Virus record (IMG/VR): IMGVR_UViG_3300043252_000011
Coordinates: 34,429-98,428 of that record
DNA: 64,000 nt
Reading direction: 5' to 3' (one strand)
Source of the DNA: a virus
Taxonomy: Duplodnaviria; Caudoviricetes
Shown here: piece after piece, positions 51,340 through 60,506 of the stretch
How positions within the stretch are numbered: position 1 is the first letter of the stretch
Layout: each line of letters opens with the position of its first letter
The notes under the pieces: generated by a model
Told to the model about the DNA's origin: nothing
Database searches by the model: none
Seen by the model: the letters and a program-made list of their open reading frames with translations, nothing else
Position numbers and translations under genes: made by a program

Positions 51340-52011
51340 ATGAAAATCTCCACAGCGGTACCGTATATCAGAGTTAGCACTCAAAAGCAGGGCCGCTCCG
51401 GCCTCGGGCTCGAAGCCCAGCGCGAGCAGCTCGCCCGGTTTGCCGCGGCCGAGAACATCATCCTCACCGCGGAATACCTCGAAGTCGAGACCGGCAAGGG
51501 CTCAAACGCCATCGACAAACGCCCGCAACTCAGGGCCGCCATCGCCGAGGCCAAGCGGCTCAATTGCCCGGTCGCAGTCGCCAAGCTCGATCGCTTGAGC
51601 CGCGACGTCCATTTCGTCTCCGGCCTCATGGTCCACAAAATCCCCTTCCTGGTCGCCGACCTCGGCGCCGATGTCGACCCGTTCGTCCTTCACCTGTACG
51701 CCGCCTTGGCCGAAAAAGAGCGCGCGCTGGTCTCGCAGCGCACCAAGGCCGCGCTCGCCGCCGCCAAGGCCCGCGGCACCACAAAGGACGGCCGGCCCCT
51801 CATCCTCGGCAATCCCGAACAGGCCGCAAAAAACCGCGCCAACGCCATGCTACGCGCCAAACTGTTGTTCGACCAGATGGACGCACTCAAAAACCTCTCG
51901 GCCAACCAAGCCGCCAAAAACCTCAATCTCGCCAACGTGCCAACCCCGACCGGGCGGCCGTGGTCGGCCAAAACCGTGATCCGCGTGCGAAACCGGCTGG
52001 CGGCGGCATGA
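51340..52011 (+). CDS. Serine recombinase (resolvase family)
   Basis: [35 protein letters not shown]. Confidence 0.9.
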   Translation: MKISTAVPYIRVSTQKQGRSGLGLEAQREQLARFAAAENIILTAEYLEVETGKGSNAIDKRPQLRAAIAEAKRLNCPVAVAKLDRLSRDVHFVSGLMVHKIPFLVADLGADVDPFVLHLYAALAEKERALVSQRTKAALAAAKARGTTKDGRPLILGNPEQAAKNRANAMLRAKLLFDQMDALKNLSANQAAKNLNLANVPTPTGRPWSAKTVIRVRNRLAAA

Positions 52012-52589
52012 CCGTCAACCATTCCGCGCAACCCGGCCGCGCTCCGCTGTCCGAGCGCAACGACGACCTCTACGAGACGCCGCCGGAAGCCGTGCGGGCG
52101 TTGTTGGCGGTCGAGCAAATCCCCGCCGGCGCGATATGGGAACCGGCCTGCGGCCCCGGCGCCATCGTGCGCGTGCTGCGCGAAGCCGGCCACCGCGTCT
52201 ATGCCACCGATCTCGTCGACTACGATTCACCAGACCAAGACACCGCGCGCGTCGACTTCTTGATCGAGCAGCAAGCACCAGACTTCCACATCGGCAGCAT
52301 CATCACCAATCCGCCCTATAAGCTGGCCAGTCATTTTGTCCGTCATGCCCTGCTGCTGGCGCCGCGGGTAATCATGCTGCTGCGGCTCGCCTTCCTCGAA
52401 AGTGACCGGCGATCATCCATTCTCGACGGCGGCCAACTCGCCCGCGTACACGTCTTTCGCAACCGGCTGCCGATGATGCACCGCGCCGGCTGGGACGGCC
52501 TACAAGCATCCTCGTCGATCGCTTTCGCATGGTTCGTCTGGGACCGCCTGCACAGCGGCCCAACGCAGCTCGACCGCATTTCATGGTGA
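52008..52589 (+). CDS. Amino (N6A/N4C) DNA methyltransferase
   Basis: [20 protein letters not shown]. Confidence 0.8.
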   Translation: MTVNHSAQPGRAPLSERNDDLYETPPEAVRALLAVEQIPAGAIWEPACGPGAIVRVLREAGHRVYATDLVDYDSPDQDTARVDFLIEQQAPDFHIGSIITNPPYKLASHFVRHALLLAPRVIMLLRLAFLESDRRSSILDGGQLARVHVFRNRLPMMHRAGWDGLQASSSIAFAWFVWDRLHSGPTQLDRISW

Positions 52590-52842
52590 GGGAGGCCCAA
52601 CCTTAATCCCCGCAGCCATGGCGGTTCGGCCGCAGAGGCCCAAGCCGCCGCGGCAACCGACCACCGGAATGCGCCTCCAATGACGCCCTGGCCTGCGCGC
52701 TCGTCATCCCGCGCCGAGCCGCCTCAACCTCGTCCGCAGCACACCGTTCCAGCATTTCCCGCTGCGCCTGCGATTTGACCTCGATAAGCTTCATCGCACC
52801 CGCTCCCAAATGTTTTGCAGCCACAATATTTTTGCGCCGCAA

Positions 52843-52858
52843 CATTTCACGTGAAACA
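52843..52858. promoter_or_regulatory. parS: parS-like palindrome (14/16)
   Basis: catttcacgtgaaaca versus consensus TGTTTCACGTGAAACA. Confidence 0.65.
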
Positions 52859-52931
52859 TTAGGGAATTATATACTTGACTCCATTTCCGATTTGGGCTAG
52901 TTTTCGGGCATGAATTGAGGGAAAAACGGCC

Positions 52932-53861
52932 ATGTCCAAGTCCACCATTTCGACGTTTGAACTGTTCGCCCTGATCCCCGATGCGGAGACGGCGCGGACC
53001 TATTTGGAGGCCCGCCTGTGGCCGAACGGGGCAACCTGCCCGGTCTGCGGCCTTGGCGAGCGGGTGACGGTTCGGAAGGGCAAGCCCGGCTTCTACCACT
53101 GCCAACAGTGCGCAGAGGACTTTACGGTGCGCACCGGCACGATATTCGAGCGCAGCCATGTCCCGCTGCACAAGTGGGTTTACGCGATGTACCTGCTCGT
53201 AACGGCCCGCAAGGGCATATCCAGCCTGCAACTCGCCAAGGAAATCGGCGTCACCCAAAAGTCGGCTTGGTTCATGTTGCAGCGGCTCCGCGAAGCCTGC
53301 GGAAAAGACCTGACTATGCTTCAAGGGCTGGTCGAGGTTGATGAAACCTACGTGGGCGGCTTGGAGGCCAACAAGCACGAAGCCGACAAACTGCGCATGG
53401 GGCGCGGCCCGGTCGGCAAGCAGCCCGTTTTGGGCTTGCGGGAAAAGGGCAAAGGTGGTCGCGTCAAGGCGTTCAAGATCGACAGTACCGACGCGGGCAC
53501 GATCACCGATGTCATCGTTCAAAACGTGGCGGTCGGATCGACCCTGCACACTGACGAAGCCCAAGCCTACGGCGAGATCGGCGGCCTGTTCTTCGATCAT
53601 GCGACGGTCAACCACTCGGCTGGCGAATACGTCAAGGACGGCGTTTCGACCAATTCGATTGAGTCCGTTTTCGCGGTTTTGAAGCGCGGCCTGATCGGCG
53701 TCTACCATCACGCCAGCCCCAAGCATATCGGCCGCTACGTTGACGAATTTGCGTTCCGGTTGAACGAGGGCAACGTGGCCCGGCACACCCTGGAACGGCT
53801 GGACTCGTTCGTCAGTCGCGTTGCGGGCAAGCGGCTCACCTATAAGGCGCTGATCGCATGA
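52932..53861 (+). CDS. tnp: IS1595-family (ISXO2-like) DDE transposase
   Basis: CPVC Zn ribbon, VEVDETYVGG, LHTDE, TNSIES, YVDEFAFRLN. Confidence 0.95.
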   Translation: MSKSTISTFELFALIPDAETARTYLEARLWPNGATCPVCGLGERVTVRKGKPGFYHCQQCAEDFTVRTGTIFERSHVPLHKWVYAMYLLVTARKGISSLQLAKEIGVTQKSAWFMLQRLREACGKDLTMLQGLVEVDETYVGGLEANKHEADKLRMGRGPVGKQPVLGLREKGKGGRVKAFKIDSTDAGTITDVIVQNVAVGSTLHTDEAQAYGEIGGLFFDHATVNHSAGEYVKDGVSTNSIESVFAVLKRGLIGVYHHASPKHIGRYVDEFAFRLNEGNVARHTLERLDSFVSRVAGKRLTYKALIA

Positions 53862-53989
53862 GCGCGCCAGCGAAGCCCCCAGCGGCGTTAGACGCGATTG
53901 CGGACAAGGTTCTCCGCTACCGTCCCAAGCCCAAAACGAAACCAGCGAAAAGGCGCAAACGCCGTGCCCGCCTATTACAACGAGATTGA
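53858..53989 (+). CDS. Small basic ORF after the transposase
   Basis: Hand-translated 43 aa: MSAPAKPPAALDAIADKVLRYRPKPK... Confidence 0.5.
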   Translation: MSAPAKPPAALDAIADKVLRYRPKPKTKPAKRRKRRARLLQRD

Positions 53990-54836
53990 CCCCCATGCCG
54001 CACAGTGGCTCCGCAATCTTATCTCCGCTGGTCACATTGCAGCGGGGGACGTTGACGAGCGATCTATCGTTGACGTGCGGCCCGACGACCTTGGCGGATA
54101 CGAGCAAGCCCATTTCTTCGCCGGTATCGGCGGATGGTCCTACGCCTTGCGGCTCGCCGGATGGCCCGATGATCGATCGATCTGGACCGGCTCCTGTCCG
54201 TGTCAGCCGCTTTCGAGCGCGGGACAACGCAAGGGCCATGCCGACGAACGACACCTCTGGCCCGCTTTTTACCGCCTCATCGCCGAGTGCGCGCCTGCAA
54301 TCGTCTTTGGAGAACAGGTTGCGAGCAAGGATGGACGTGAATGGCTCGCCGGAGTTCGCGCTGACTTGGAAGCATTGGGATTTACCTGCGGGGCCGCCGA
54401 TCTGTGCGCTGCGGGCGTCGGCGCGCCCCATATCCGTCAACGGCTCTATTGGGGTGCCGACGCCGGTAGTACCGAACGGTGGTCGCCGGCCGAAGGGCGG
54501 GGCGATGTCGCTCAAAGGCCAGACGCCAGACGGCAAAAAACGACAGGTCGATCTGGATTTCTTTGTCCGCCGAGCCTTGGCACACCCGACGCCGATGCAC
54601 GGCGCACAGAACGAGGCGGCGCACAATGCGATGTCGGGCCAGTGGAAAACGGCCATTGGTCGGATGTCGAATGGGTCGCGGCTGGCGACGAAGGGCAGTT
54701 CCGCATTAAACCCGGCATATCCTTGCTGGCTCATGGGATTCCCGGACGTGTGGGACGGATTCGCGGGTACGGCAACGCGATTGTCCCGCAAGTCGCGTCC
54801 GAGTTCGTGAGCGCCTTCATGGAAAGTCGCCCTTGA
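53964..54836 (+). CDS. C5 cytosine methyltransferase (IS passenger, alpha frame)
   Basis: FFAGIGG, GSCPCQP, EQV, RIRGYGNAIVPQ. Confidence 0.85.
   Translation: MPAYYNEIDPHAAQWLRNLISAGHIAAGDVDERSIVDVRPDDLGGYEQAHFFAGIGGWSYALRLAGWPDDRSIWTGSCPCQPLSSAGQRKGHADERHLWPAFYRLIAECAPAIVFGEQVASKDGREWLAGVRADLEALGFTCGAADLCAAGVGAPHIRQRLYWGADAGSTERWSPAEGRGDVAQRPDARRQKTTGRSGFLCPPSLGTPDADARRTERGGAQCDVGPVENGHWSDVEWVAAGDEGQFRIKPGISLLAHGIPGRVGRIRGYGNAIVPQVASEFVSAFMESRP
53986..54810 (+). CDS. Overlapping alternative-frame MTase beta subunit
   Basis: LNPAYPCWLMGFP motif; homologous to 15969-16835. Confidence 0.55.
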   Translation: MTPMPHSGSAILSPLVTLQRGTLTSDLSLTCGPTTLADTSKPISSPVSADGPTPCGSPDGPMIDRSGPAPVRVSRFRARDNARAMPTNDTSGPLFTASSPSARLQSSLENRLRARMDVNGSPEFALTWKHWDLPAGPPICALRASARPISVNGSIGVPTPVVPNGGRRPKGGAMSLKGQTPDGKKRQVDLDFFVRRALAHPTPMHGAQNEAAHNAMSGQWKTAIGRMSNGSRLATKGSSALNPAYPCWLMGFPDVWDGFAGTATRLSRKSRPSS

Positions 54837-54956
54837 AATGAGCGAATGGACTCATGTATATAATTCCCAAACATTATAAGCCAGTCACAACTGCTCCACC
54901 CCGCCAAGTGATTGTAGCAGAAAATCTGTGTGCGGCAATTAGGAGCCGACGCAAAC

Positions 54957-55469
54957 TCACGGTTTTTCCCCCCGGTCGCCGCCAGCGAGCTCGACCGGGA
55001 CGGTCGCGTCATGCTCTATCATGGGCGTTGTGACAGGCTGTCGCTCGACTGACTGTCCCGGCTGCACCACGTTGACGATGCGAATAGTCACGCCAGGCGT
55101 GGCGTTTGCTGCCGATCCGCGCTGCTGGGCCGCATCCTCGGTGACAAACCACATGGCCGCGTCGAGCGCCGGCTTGTTCTCGGCTGCGTCGCGGATTGTC
55201 TTGATGCGCTTGATACTTGCTGGCCCCTCGCTCGTTCGAAGTACCTGCATTTCACGTTTCAGGTATGCGACAACCGGTGGCTTGGCGAGCGCATAACGCA
55301 TTGCCTGGGAAGTTAATCCCACCTTTTGTGCTGCTTCATCGAATGGCAGTGCATCCCAGACCATGAGATCGACAGCGCGGCGGACTTTTGCAGTGAGGCC
55401 AGCGCGTTCGATGCGCGTGGTGGGCCGGTTGCTGATTGGCTTCTCGTTGAGGATTGCCGCGTCGGACAT
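54957..55469 (-). CDS. Putative terminase small subunit
   Basis: HTH (AAQKVGLT..KPPVVAYL), PGVTIRIV C-terminus, same strand as terL. Confidence 0.55.
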   Translation of the reverse strand: MSDAAILNEKPISNRPTTRIERAGLTAKVRRAVDLMVWDALPFDEAAQKVGLTSQAMRYALAKPPVVAYLKREMQVLRTSEGPASIKRIKTIRDAAENKPALDAAMWFVTEDAAQQRGSAANATPGVTIRIVNVVQPGQSVERQPVTTPMIEHDATVPVELAGGDRGEKP

Positions 55470-55710
55470 GCTGTTGGCTTCGCTGTCCTTGGCTATCGCC
55501 TGCGGACTGGTCCTCGTTCGGCTGATCGCCTCACTGCGGGTTGAAAAGAGGGCGGGCGCGATGCGTGACGCGCGATTGGATGCGTCATTTTTGGTTTATT
55601 CGGCAACGCACGGCGACAAAACCGCATGAAATATGGGCTTTTGTGCTGTGTGAAATAGGTCAGCATTGCTGCTTGATCTCGGCGAGGGTTATTTGCCATA
55701 TGCAAATTAT

Positions 55711-55995
55711 GGGAATTATATACTTGAGTCCCGAGGCGCCCAAATAGGAGGCAACAGTGAGCGAGCGAACGGTTTACCGGCACAAAAGGCGAGGCGCCAT
55801 CTACGAGGTCTTGCATGACAACGCATGCTTGGAGTGTTCCGCCGCGCCAGAGTTCGAAAAGATGTTCGATGAGGATCATTTCGTCGTTTATCGGAGCATT
55901 CACAGCGCGGCTGTCTACGTTCGGCCCTACCCGGAGTTTCACGATGGCCGTTTCGAAGCGATCCCCGATCCCAGGGACTCAAGTATATAATTCCC
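55711..55995 (+). mobile_element. Non-autonomous ISNwi-like cassette (MIC), 285 bp
   Basis: Perfect 22-bp TIR gggaattatatacttgagtccc; TSD caaattat. Confidence 0.92.
55757..55990 (+). CDS. DUF1653-like cargo protein
   Basis: YRHKRRGAIYEV...VVYRS...YVRP..EF.DGRF; stop lies inside the TIR. Confidence 0.7.
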   Translation: MSERTVYRHKRRGAIYEVLHDNACLECSAAPEFEKMFDEDHFVVYRSIHSAAVYVRPYPEFHDGRFEAIPDPRDSSI

Positions 55996-56385
55996 CAAAT
56001 TATGGTGCGCCCATGCCTAGACCCTGACGCGCGTCGTGTTGCGTTATCGTTGTTGGCGCGGGGTCTCGGCAGTCCTGGCGAGATTGCCGACTTGGCCGGC
56101 GTATCGCGGCAGGTTGTTGAGGGTTGGGCGCTGATTGCCGATATGGATTGGCGCCAGATCAAGCGCGCGAGATTGGCAAAGGCGTGGCGCAAGGAATGGG
56201 ATCGTGTCCGGCCGTAATTGGGCAAGAGCGCGCAAGTTGGCAGATGCTGAAAAGCCGCAAGAGGCTTGCGACATCGGCCTATTCAGCGATGACATGGATC
56301 AGGTCGAAATGTTCATGGAGCCCACAAACGACATGCCGTGACGCGGCTATGCCGCTTCCTTTGGCGGCACTGCGCCGGAACGGCA

Positions 56386-56859
56386 TCAGGCCGGCGAGAC
56401 GCCAATCTCGCCGGCCGCTTTACGTCTTGCTTTGCCGCTGGCAAGCCCGGCTTTCCGAGCATGTGTTCTCTTCCTTTTCACCAAATCCCAGCGCTTTTTA
56501 GCACCATTTCGGCCTATTTTCTGCATGTATCGACGGCTGAACTCGATTTTGATAGCGCCGCTATGCCGAACCTGGGAATTGTTGCGGCCGGCAAGCCGTG
56601 CTTCAACCGATGCGAATGCTTCCTCGCTGTGCTGCAGCACGCCTTCGACGCCTAAGCCGCCGAGATACCAGAGCAGCGATTTCATCCCCACGCGCCGTTG
56701 GCCGCGCGATGAGAATATCTTGGCGGAATATCCCTTCGGCGCGCCGGTGAGCTCGTCCAGCGCCTCAAACGAGATATTGCGCCGCTCCCGCCATGTATTG
56801 AGCGCCGCGCGCAGCCCGGCATAATCGTGCCAGGCGATCGGATCGGCATCGGCCGTCAA
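56386..56859 (-). CDS. HTH-like hypothetical protein
   Basis: RERRNISFEALDELTG..GYSAK. Confidence 0.5.
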   Translation of the reverse strand: MTADADPIAWHDYAGLRAALNTWRERRNISFEALDELTGAPKGYSAKIFSSRGQRRVGMKSLLWYLGGLGVEGVLQHSEEAFASVEARLAGRNNSQVRHSGAIKIEFSRRYMQKIGRNGAKKRWDLVKRKRTHARKAGLASGKARRKAAGEIGVSPA

Positions 56860-57182
56860 TGGAAATACCGCCGCGGCGGCGGATCGAACGTATCGTCACC
56901 GCGGCTCGAGAACACGCACGCCAGCCCGATTCCGCCCCAGACTGCGACCGCAAAGCCGACGATGTAATAAACCGCGCTCAATGCACTGTCTCCGATTTGA
57001 GCACATACCACGGGCTATAGCGAAAAACCTCGCGGGCCGCCTCGCGAATGCGCCGGTCCGGCTCGTGGCCGAACACGTAGCGCAGATATTTGAAGCACGC
57101 CGCCTCGTAGCGCGATTGGATGGTCTTGGGGCCAAGTGAGGACGATTTGCTGCCGTAGCTCATTGCCGCCTCTCTAATGTTT

Positions 57183-57572
57183 CATGCTTATCCGGTTTAG
57201 ACACACAGCCCTACATCTTGTGGTTATGTTTCGACGTTTGCACGCGGTTCATTAAATAATCTGCATGGATCATCTGGCCATTCCATGCGATCATGTAGGT
57301 TGCCGTGGCGGAAAGACTCATAGTCTTCCTCGCCAGAGCCTATAGAGCGGCGCAACATTTCCGTACATCGCAGGCAAACCACGGTCTTGAGATTACGAGT
57401 TATGGCCAGATGACCACACGCTAGCTCTACGATGCGTCGGGTCTGGTCTTTGCCGAGACGATCCCGATTAAAGCCAGTCGCTATAATGTCGGTTCGCACA
57501 ATTCGTTCGGGTGGTGTTTGGATCAACATCTAGTAGGTCTCAGCGTTTGTGTGTGGCAACCGGATAAGCATG
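57183..57572 (-). mobile_element. Non-autonomous TIR cassette 2 (ISSod11-like ends), 390 bp
   Basis: Same ends as cassette 1, inverted; TSD taatgttt (57175-82 and 57573-80). Confidence 0.88.
57224..57529 (-). CDS. Cassette 2 cargo, hypothetical (LACGH..CLRC)
   Basis: 101-aa ORF filling the element. Confidence 0.65.
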   Translation of the reverse strand: MLIQTPPERIVRTDIIATGFNRDRLGKDQTRRIVELACGHLAITRNLKTVVCLRCTEMLRRSIGSGEEDYESFRHGNLHDRMEWPDDPCRLFNEPRANVET

Positions 57573-57575
57573 TAA

Positions 57576-57591
57576 TGTTTCACGTGAAACA
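57576..57591. promoter_or_regulatory. parS: Perfect parS palindrome
   Basis: tgtttcacgtgaaaca, 16/16 consensus. Confidence 0.8.
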
Positions 57592-57592
57592 C

Positions 57593-58096
57593 TCACGGCA
57601 CCCAACCCTTCGCCCTCACAATCTCATCGAGGGAGGCAGATGGCGCAAGCGTTTTTTCTTGCTTTCTCGCTGGACCAGCGACCGTAGTTCTAGGCTCAGA
57701 CTCTAAGGAAGATTCTATAGGTGATTGTGATTGTGTGTGCATTTGCCGAGCAATTGCCGGGTACGCACCCGTGAATTTTCTGTTTGTTCGTTCCGCACCC
57801 TTGAAGCCAGCAACGGCGCGCTTAGTGCTGATATCATTGGCCTTTTTTAATTCTTCCTCGATGCGTTTATGCTTCCATCCAGGCTGAAACATTCCGGCAA
57901 TTGCCGAGCAATTGCTGCGCCACTGGTCACGGTTTAATCGCGAAATCCCGGCAATTGCCGCTTCGCTGTCCGGCAGCTTCCCGTGCTGCCAATAGTGCAT
58001 GATAAGCAAAAGGTAGGCGCCGTGCTGAGCTGCCGTCAAATGCTGGGTGTCGGCCAGGTAATCGCCAATATAGAGCGGCATCCAAGCGCGGCTCAT
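57593..58096 (-). CDS. YdaU/DUF1376 putative replication protein
   Basis: WMPLYIGDYLADTQHLT..HGAYLLLIMHYW. Confidence 0.85.
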   Translation of the reverse strand: MSRAWMPLYIGDYLADTQHLTAAQHGAYLLLIMHYWQHGKLPDSEAAIAGISRLNRDQWRSNCSAIAGMFQPGWKHKRIEEELKKANDISTKRAVAGFKGAERTNRKFTGAYPAIARQMHTQSQSPIESSLESEPRTTVAGPARKQEKTLAPSASLDEIVRAKGWVP

Positions 58097-58530
58097 TCGG
58101 CGGCCTTGTTCGATGCAATCCACTCCGCCTCGATTTCCCGCCACAAGGCACGATAATCACGTGTCGCCTGTTGCCGGATCGGGCCATTTTCGCCGTTGAT
58201 CTTGAGCCATCCTAGCTGTTGCAGCCGAAACCGCTTGGCCGGATCGATCGCATTGAGGATTTCGAGCTCGCGCGAGGGGGACCAGCGCCAGTCGGTCATG
58301 TCGCGGTTGCTCTTGCCGAGATTGCAGCGTCGACAAAGTACCTGAAGATTCGACCAGGCTAGCGAAAGCCGCGGAAAATGCGACCGCGGCTTGATATGGT
58401 CAACCTGTAGGGGATTATCCGCATCGCCGCGGAAGCCGCAGCATTGGCAATAGCCATTGGCAAGCTTCAACGCCTTGTAGCGAGCCTTGAGCCATTCCGG
58501 GCTGTCGTAGAACGGATCGCGGCGCTCCAT
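58093..58530 (-). CDS. HNH endonuclease
   Basis: CQCCG..LQVDHIKP..NLQVLCRRCNLGK. Confidence 0.85.
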   Translation of the reverse strand: MERRDPFYDSPEWLKARYKALKLANGYCQCCGFRGDADNPLQVDHIKPRSHFPRLSLAWSNLQVLCRRCNLGKSNRDMTDWRWSPSRELEILNAIDPAKRFRLQQLGWLKINGENGPIRQQATRDYRALWREIEAEWIASNKAAE

Positions 58531-59036
58531 TACGACTCCCCGCGCGCTCGATATGCCATCTGGCAATGAAACCGGCAATACGGCACTGCATCATCTTTTG
58601 CTGCACCGCAATACAGCATGTCGCGGCCGGGCTCGCCGAGCGGCCATCGGCATGTGGTCGAGGTCAGCCCAAAAATATCCACCGCGCTCGCTGGCGTAGG
58701 GATGGCCGGTAGATCGGTTAGGCCGGGAGGCTGTGAGACGCCCAGCGCATGAAAGGCCATTCCCTGACCTTCCTGGCGCGATTGGCGGGGCTTCCTAGGG
58801 GTATTGAGCGTAATCCGCACATTGCCGATGCCATGCCGCAATTGCCGGGTTTTCCTTTTCACGATGACCCGTTTCGGCAACCCAAGCCTGATGATCTTGG
58901 CGACGACCGCGTTGCGGGTAATGCCGTCGCCGAGCTCGCGGGCTATCTCGCCGCCCGACATGCCGTCGCTGTGGCATTGCCGCAACACTTGCACGCGGGT
59001 CTCGGTCCAGAATGTGCCGGCGCCGGCGGGCATCAT
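58530..59036 (-). CDS. gcrA: GcrA-family regulator homolog
   Basis: WTETRV..L..IARELG.GITRNAVVAK..RLGL; CRWPLG..YCG..PYC..H. Confidence 0.9.
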   Translation of the reverse strand: MMPAGAGTFWTETRVQVLRQCHSDGMSGGEIARELGDGITRNAVVAKIIRLGLPKRVIVKRKTRQLRHGIGNVRITLNTPRKPRQSRQEGQGMAFHALGVSQPPGLTDLPAIPTPASAVDIFGLTSTTCRWPLGEPGRDMLYCGAAKDDAVPYCRFHCQMAYRARGES

Positions 59037-59248
59037 TCCGCCGCCTGTTGTCGTTGTCGGTGGGCAAATTCAAAGGCCATGTCGGCCAGCACCCGCTCGA
59101 TCAGCTTAGGTGCCGACCCCTTCTTGGGCGGCCCATGGTTTTCCCAATCGGTGTAAGTCGATCGGTCGACGCCAAATCTTCGGGCAAACACATCCTGGGT
59201 TTCGGCCATACGGCGCCTTGCGCGCCAAAGAGTGGTTGCTGTGACCAT
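59033..59248 (-). CDS. Cro/XRE-like HTH regulator, probably leaderless
   Basis: TQDVFARRFGVDRSTYTDWE; -10 element ends just 6 nt upstream of the ATG. Confidence 0.7.
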   Translation of the reverse strand: MVTATTLWRARRRMAETQDVFARRFGVDRSTYTDWENHGPPKKGSAPKLIERVLADMAFEFAHRQRQQAAE

Positions 59249-59254
59249 GGTGGC

Positions 59255-59283
59255 AGCATAAATATTTTTTGGTGCGAAGTCAA
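59255..59283 (-). promoter_or_regulatory. sigma70-type promoter TTGACT-17-TATGCT
   Basis: In the divergent intergenic region before the HTH gene. Confidence 0.55.
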
Positions 59284-59608
59284 CATTGGCGCTTGCATTA
59301 TTTTGCGGATGTGGGAATATCACAAAATGAGCCACGAGAGCGACGGTAGTCCGATCTTGGCCATCATCATGCCTGCGCTGTGGGCGCTGGCGATCGGGAT
59401 TATCGCTTGGAGGCAATGGCATGGCCGGTAGCCTGCGCGACCAGCTTTGCGCCGCTCACACGCTGGCATGGCAGCAGCAGCGCCACGAGGACGAGATCGC
59501 TTTGCTCCGCGCTATCGCCAAGATCGACGGCAAGCCGCTGCGGCACCATCGTGATACGCGCGACGATTTTCAAAAGGATTACGACGAGGAACAAGAAGGG
59601 ACCTACCG

Positions 59609-60478
59609 ATGAACGTGCCAGCCATCAAAACCGCAACCGCGGTTGCCTCCCACCCATTCAGTGCCGACCAGATCGACCTTATCAAGCGCACCATCTGTAA
59701 AGGCTCGACCGACGACGAACTCCGGCTATTCCTATATCAGGCCGGCCGCACCGGGCTCGATCCGCTCGCTCGACAAATCTATTCGATCGAGCGGCGTGAA
59801 TACCGCGACGGCCAATGGGTCAAGGCGCGATCAATACAGACATCGATCGATGGTTTCCGCCTGATCGCCGAACGCAGTGGCAAGTACGCCGGCCAGGTCG
59901 GCCCGTATTGGTGCGGCGCCGACGGCCAATGGCAAGACGTATGGATCGCGCCGGAATCGCCGATCGCCGCCCGGGTTGGGGTGCTGCGCACCGATTTCAA
60001 GGAACCATGCTGGGGCGTGGCGCGCTTCGATGCCTACGCGCAAAAGACCAAGGACGGCGTTCCGACGCGCATGTGGAAAACCATGGGCGACGTTATGGTG
60101 GCGAAGTGCGCCGAAGCACTGGCGCTGCGCAAGGCATTTCCGCAAGAACTATCCGGTCTCTACACCGGCGATGAAATGATGCAGGCGGTCGAGGATTTCA
60201 CACCGCCAGCGCCGAAGAAAACAATCGCCGAAGATTTGAACGATGAAATTCCGTTCGGTGGCGACACGCCGAAGGCCGCTCCTGCTCAAAGCCCCCCCAG
60301 CCCTCAGGCAGGAGCGGCCAGTGCGCCCGTCGATGTGCTGGCGATGGCGCGTGAGGCCGCAAGCCACGGCTTCGATATGCTGAACACCTACTACAAAACG
60401 CTCGGCAAGAAGGATCAGAAAATTCTCAACGAGCATAAAGTTGAACTCGAAGCGCTGTTTCCGATCGATGCGGAATAG
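59609..60478 (+). CDS. bet: Phage recombination protein Bet/RecT
   Basis: GLDPLARQIY, IQTSIDGFRLIA, KCAEALALRKAFP. Confidence 0.9.
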   Translation: MNVPAIKTATAVASHPFSADQIDLIKRTICKGSTDDELRLFLYQAGRTGLDPLARQIYSIERREYRDGQWVKARSIQTSIDGFRLIAERSGKYAGQVGPYWCGADGQWQDVWIAPESPIAARVGVLRTDFKEPCWGVARFDAYAQKTKDGVPTRMWKTMGDVMVAKCAEALALRKAFPQELSGLYTGDEMMQAVEDFTPPAPKKTIAEDLNDEIPFGGDTPKAAPAQSPPSPQAGAASAPVDVLAMAREAASHGFDMLNTYYKTLGKKDQKILNEHKVELEALFPIDAE

Positions 60479-60506
60479 CCGCTCACGACAGGTTAGTGGG
60501 AAAACC

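Larger units (their letters stand above)
52862..54868 (+). mobile_element. IS1595-family (ISNwi-like) transporter IS with methylase passenger, 2007 bp
   Basis: 22/24 TIR gggaattatatac..; 8-bp TSD aaacatta; transposase inside. Confidence 0.92.

Noticed and set aside
51340-52011. Serine resolvase as the proven cassette recombinase
   Set aside because: Serine recombinases need a matching 2-bp core, which the variable 6-8-nt spacers do not show, and the gene is far from the array; it remains only a candidate to test.
52791-54791. 666-aa minus-strand ORF
   Set aside because: Antisense to the transposase and methylase; it crosses the IS boundary.
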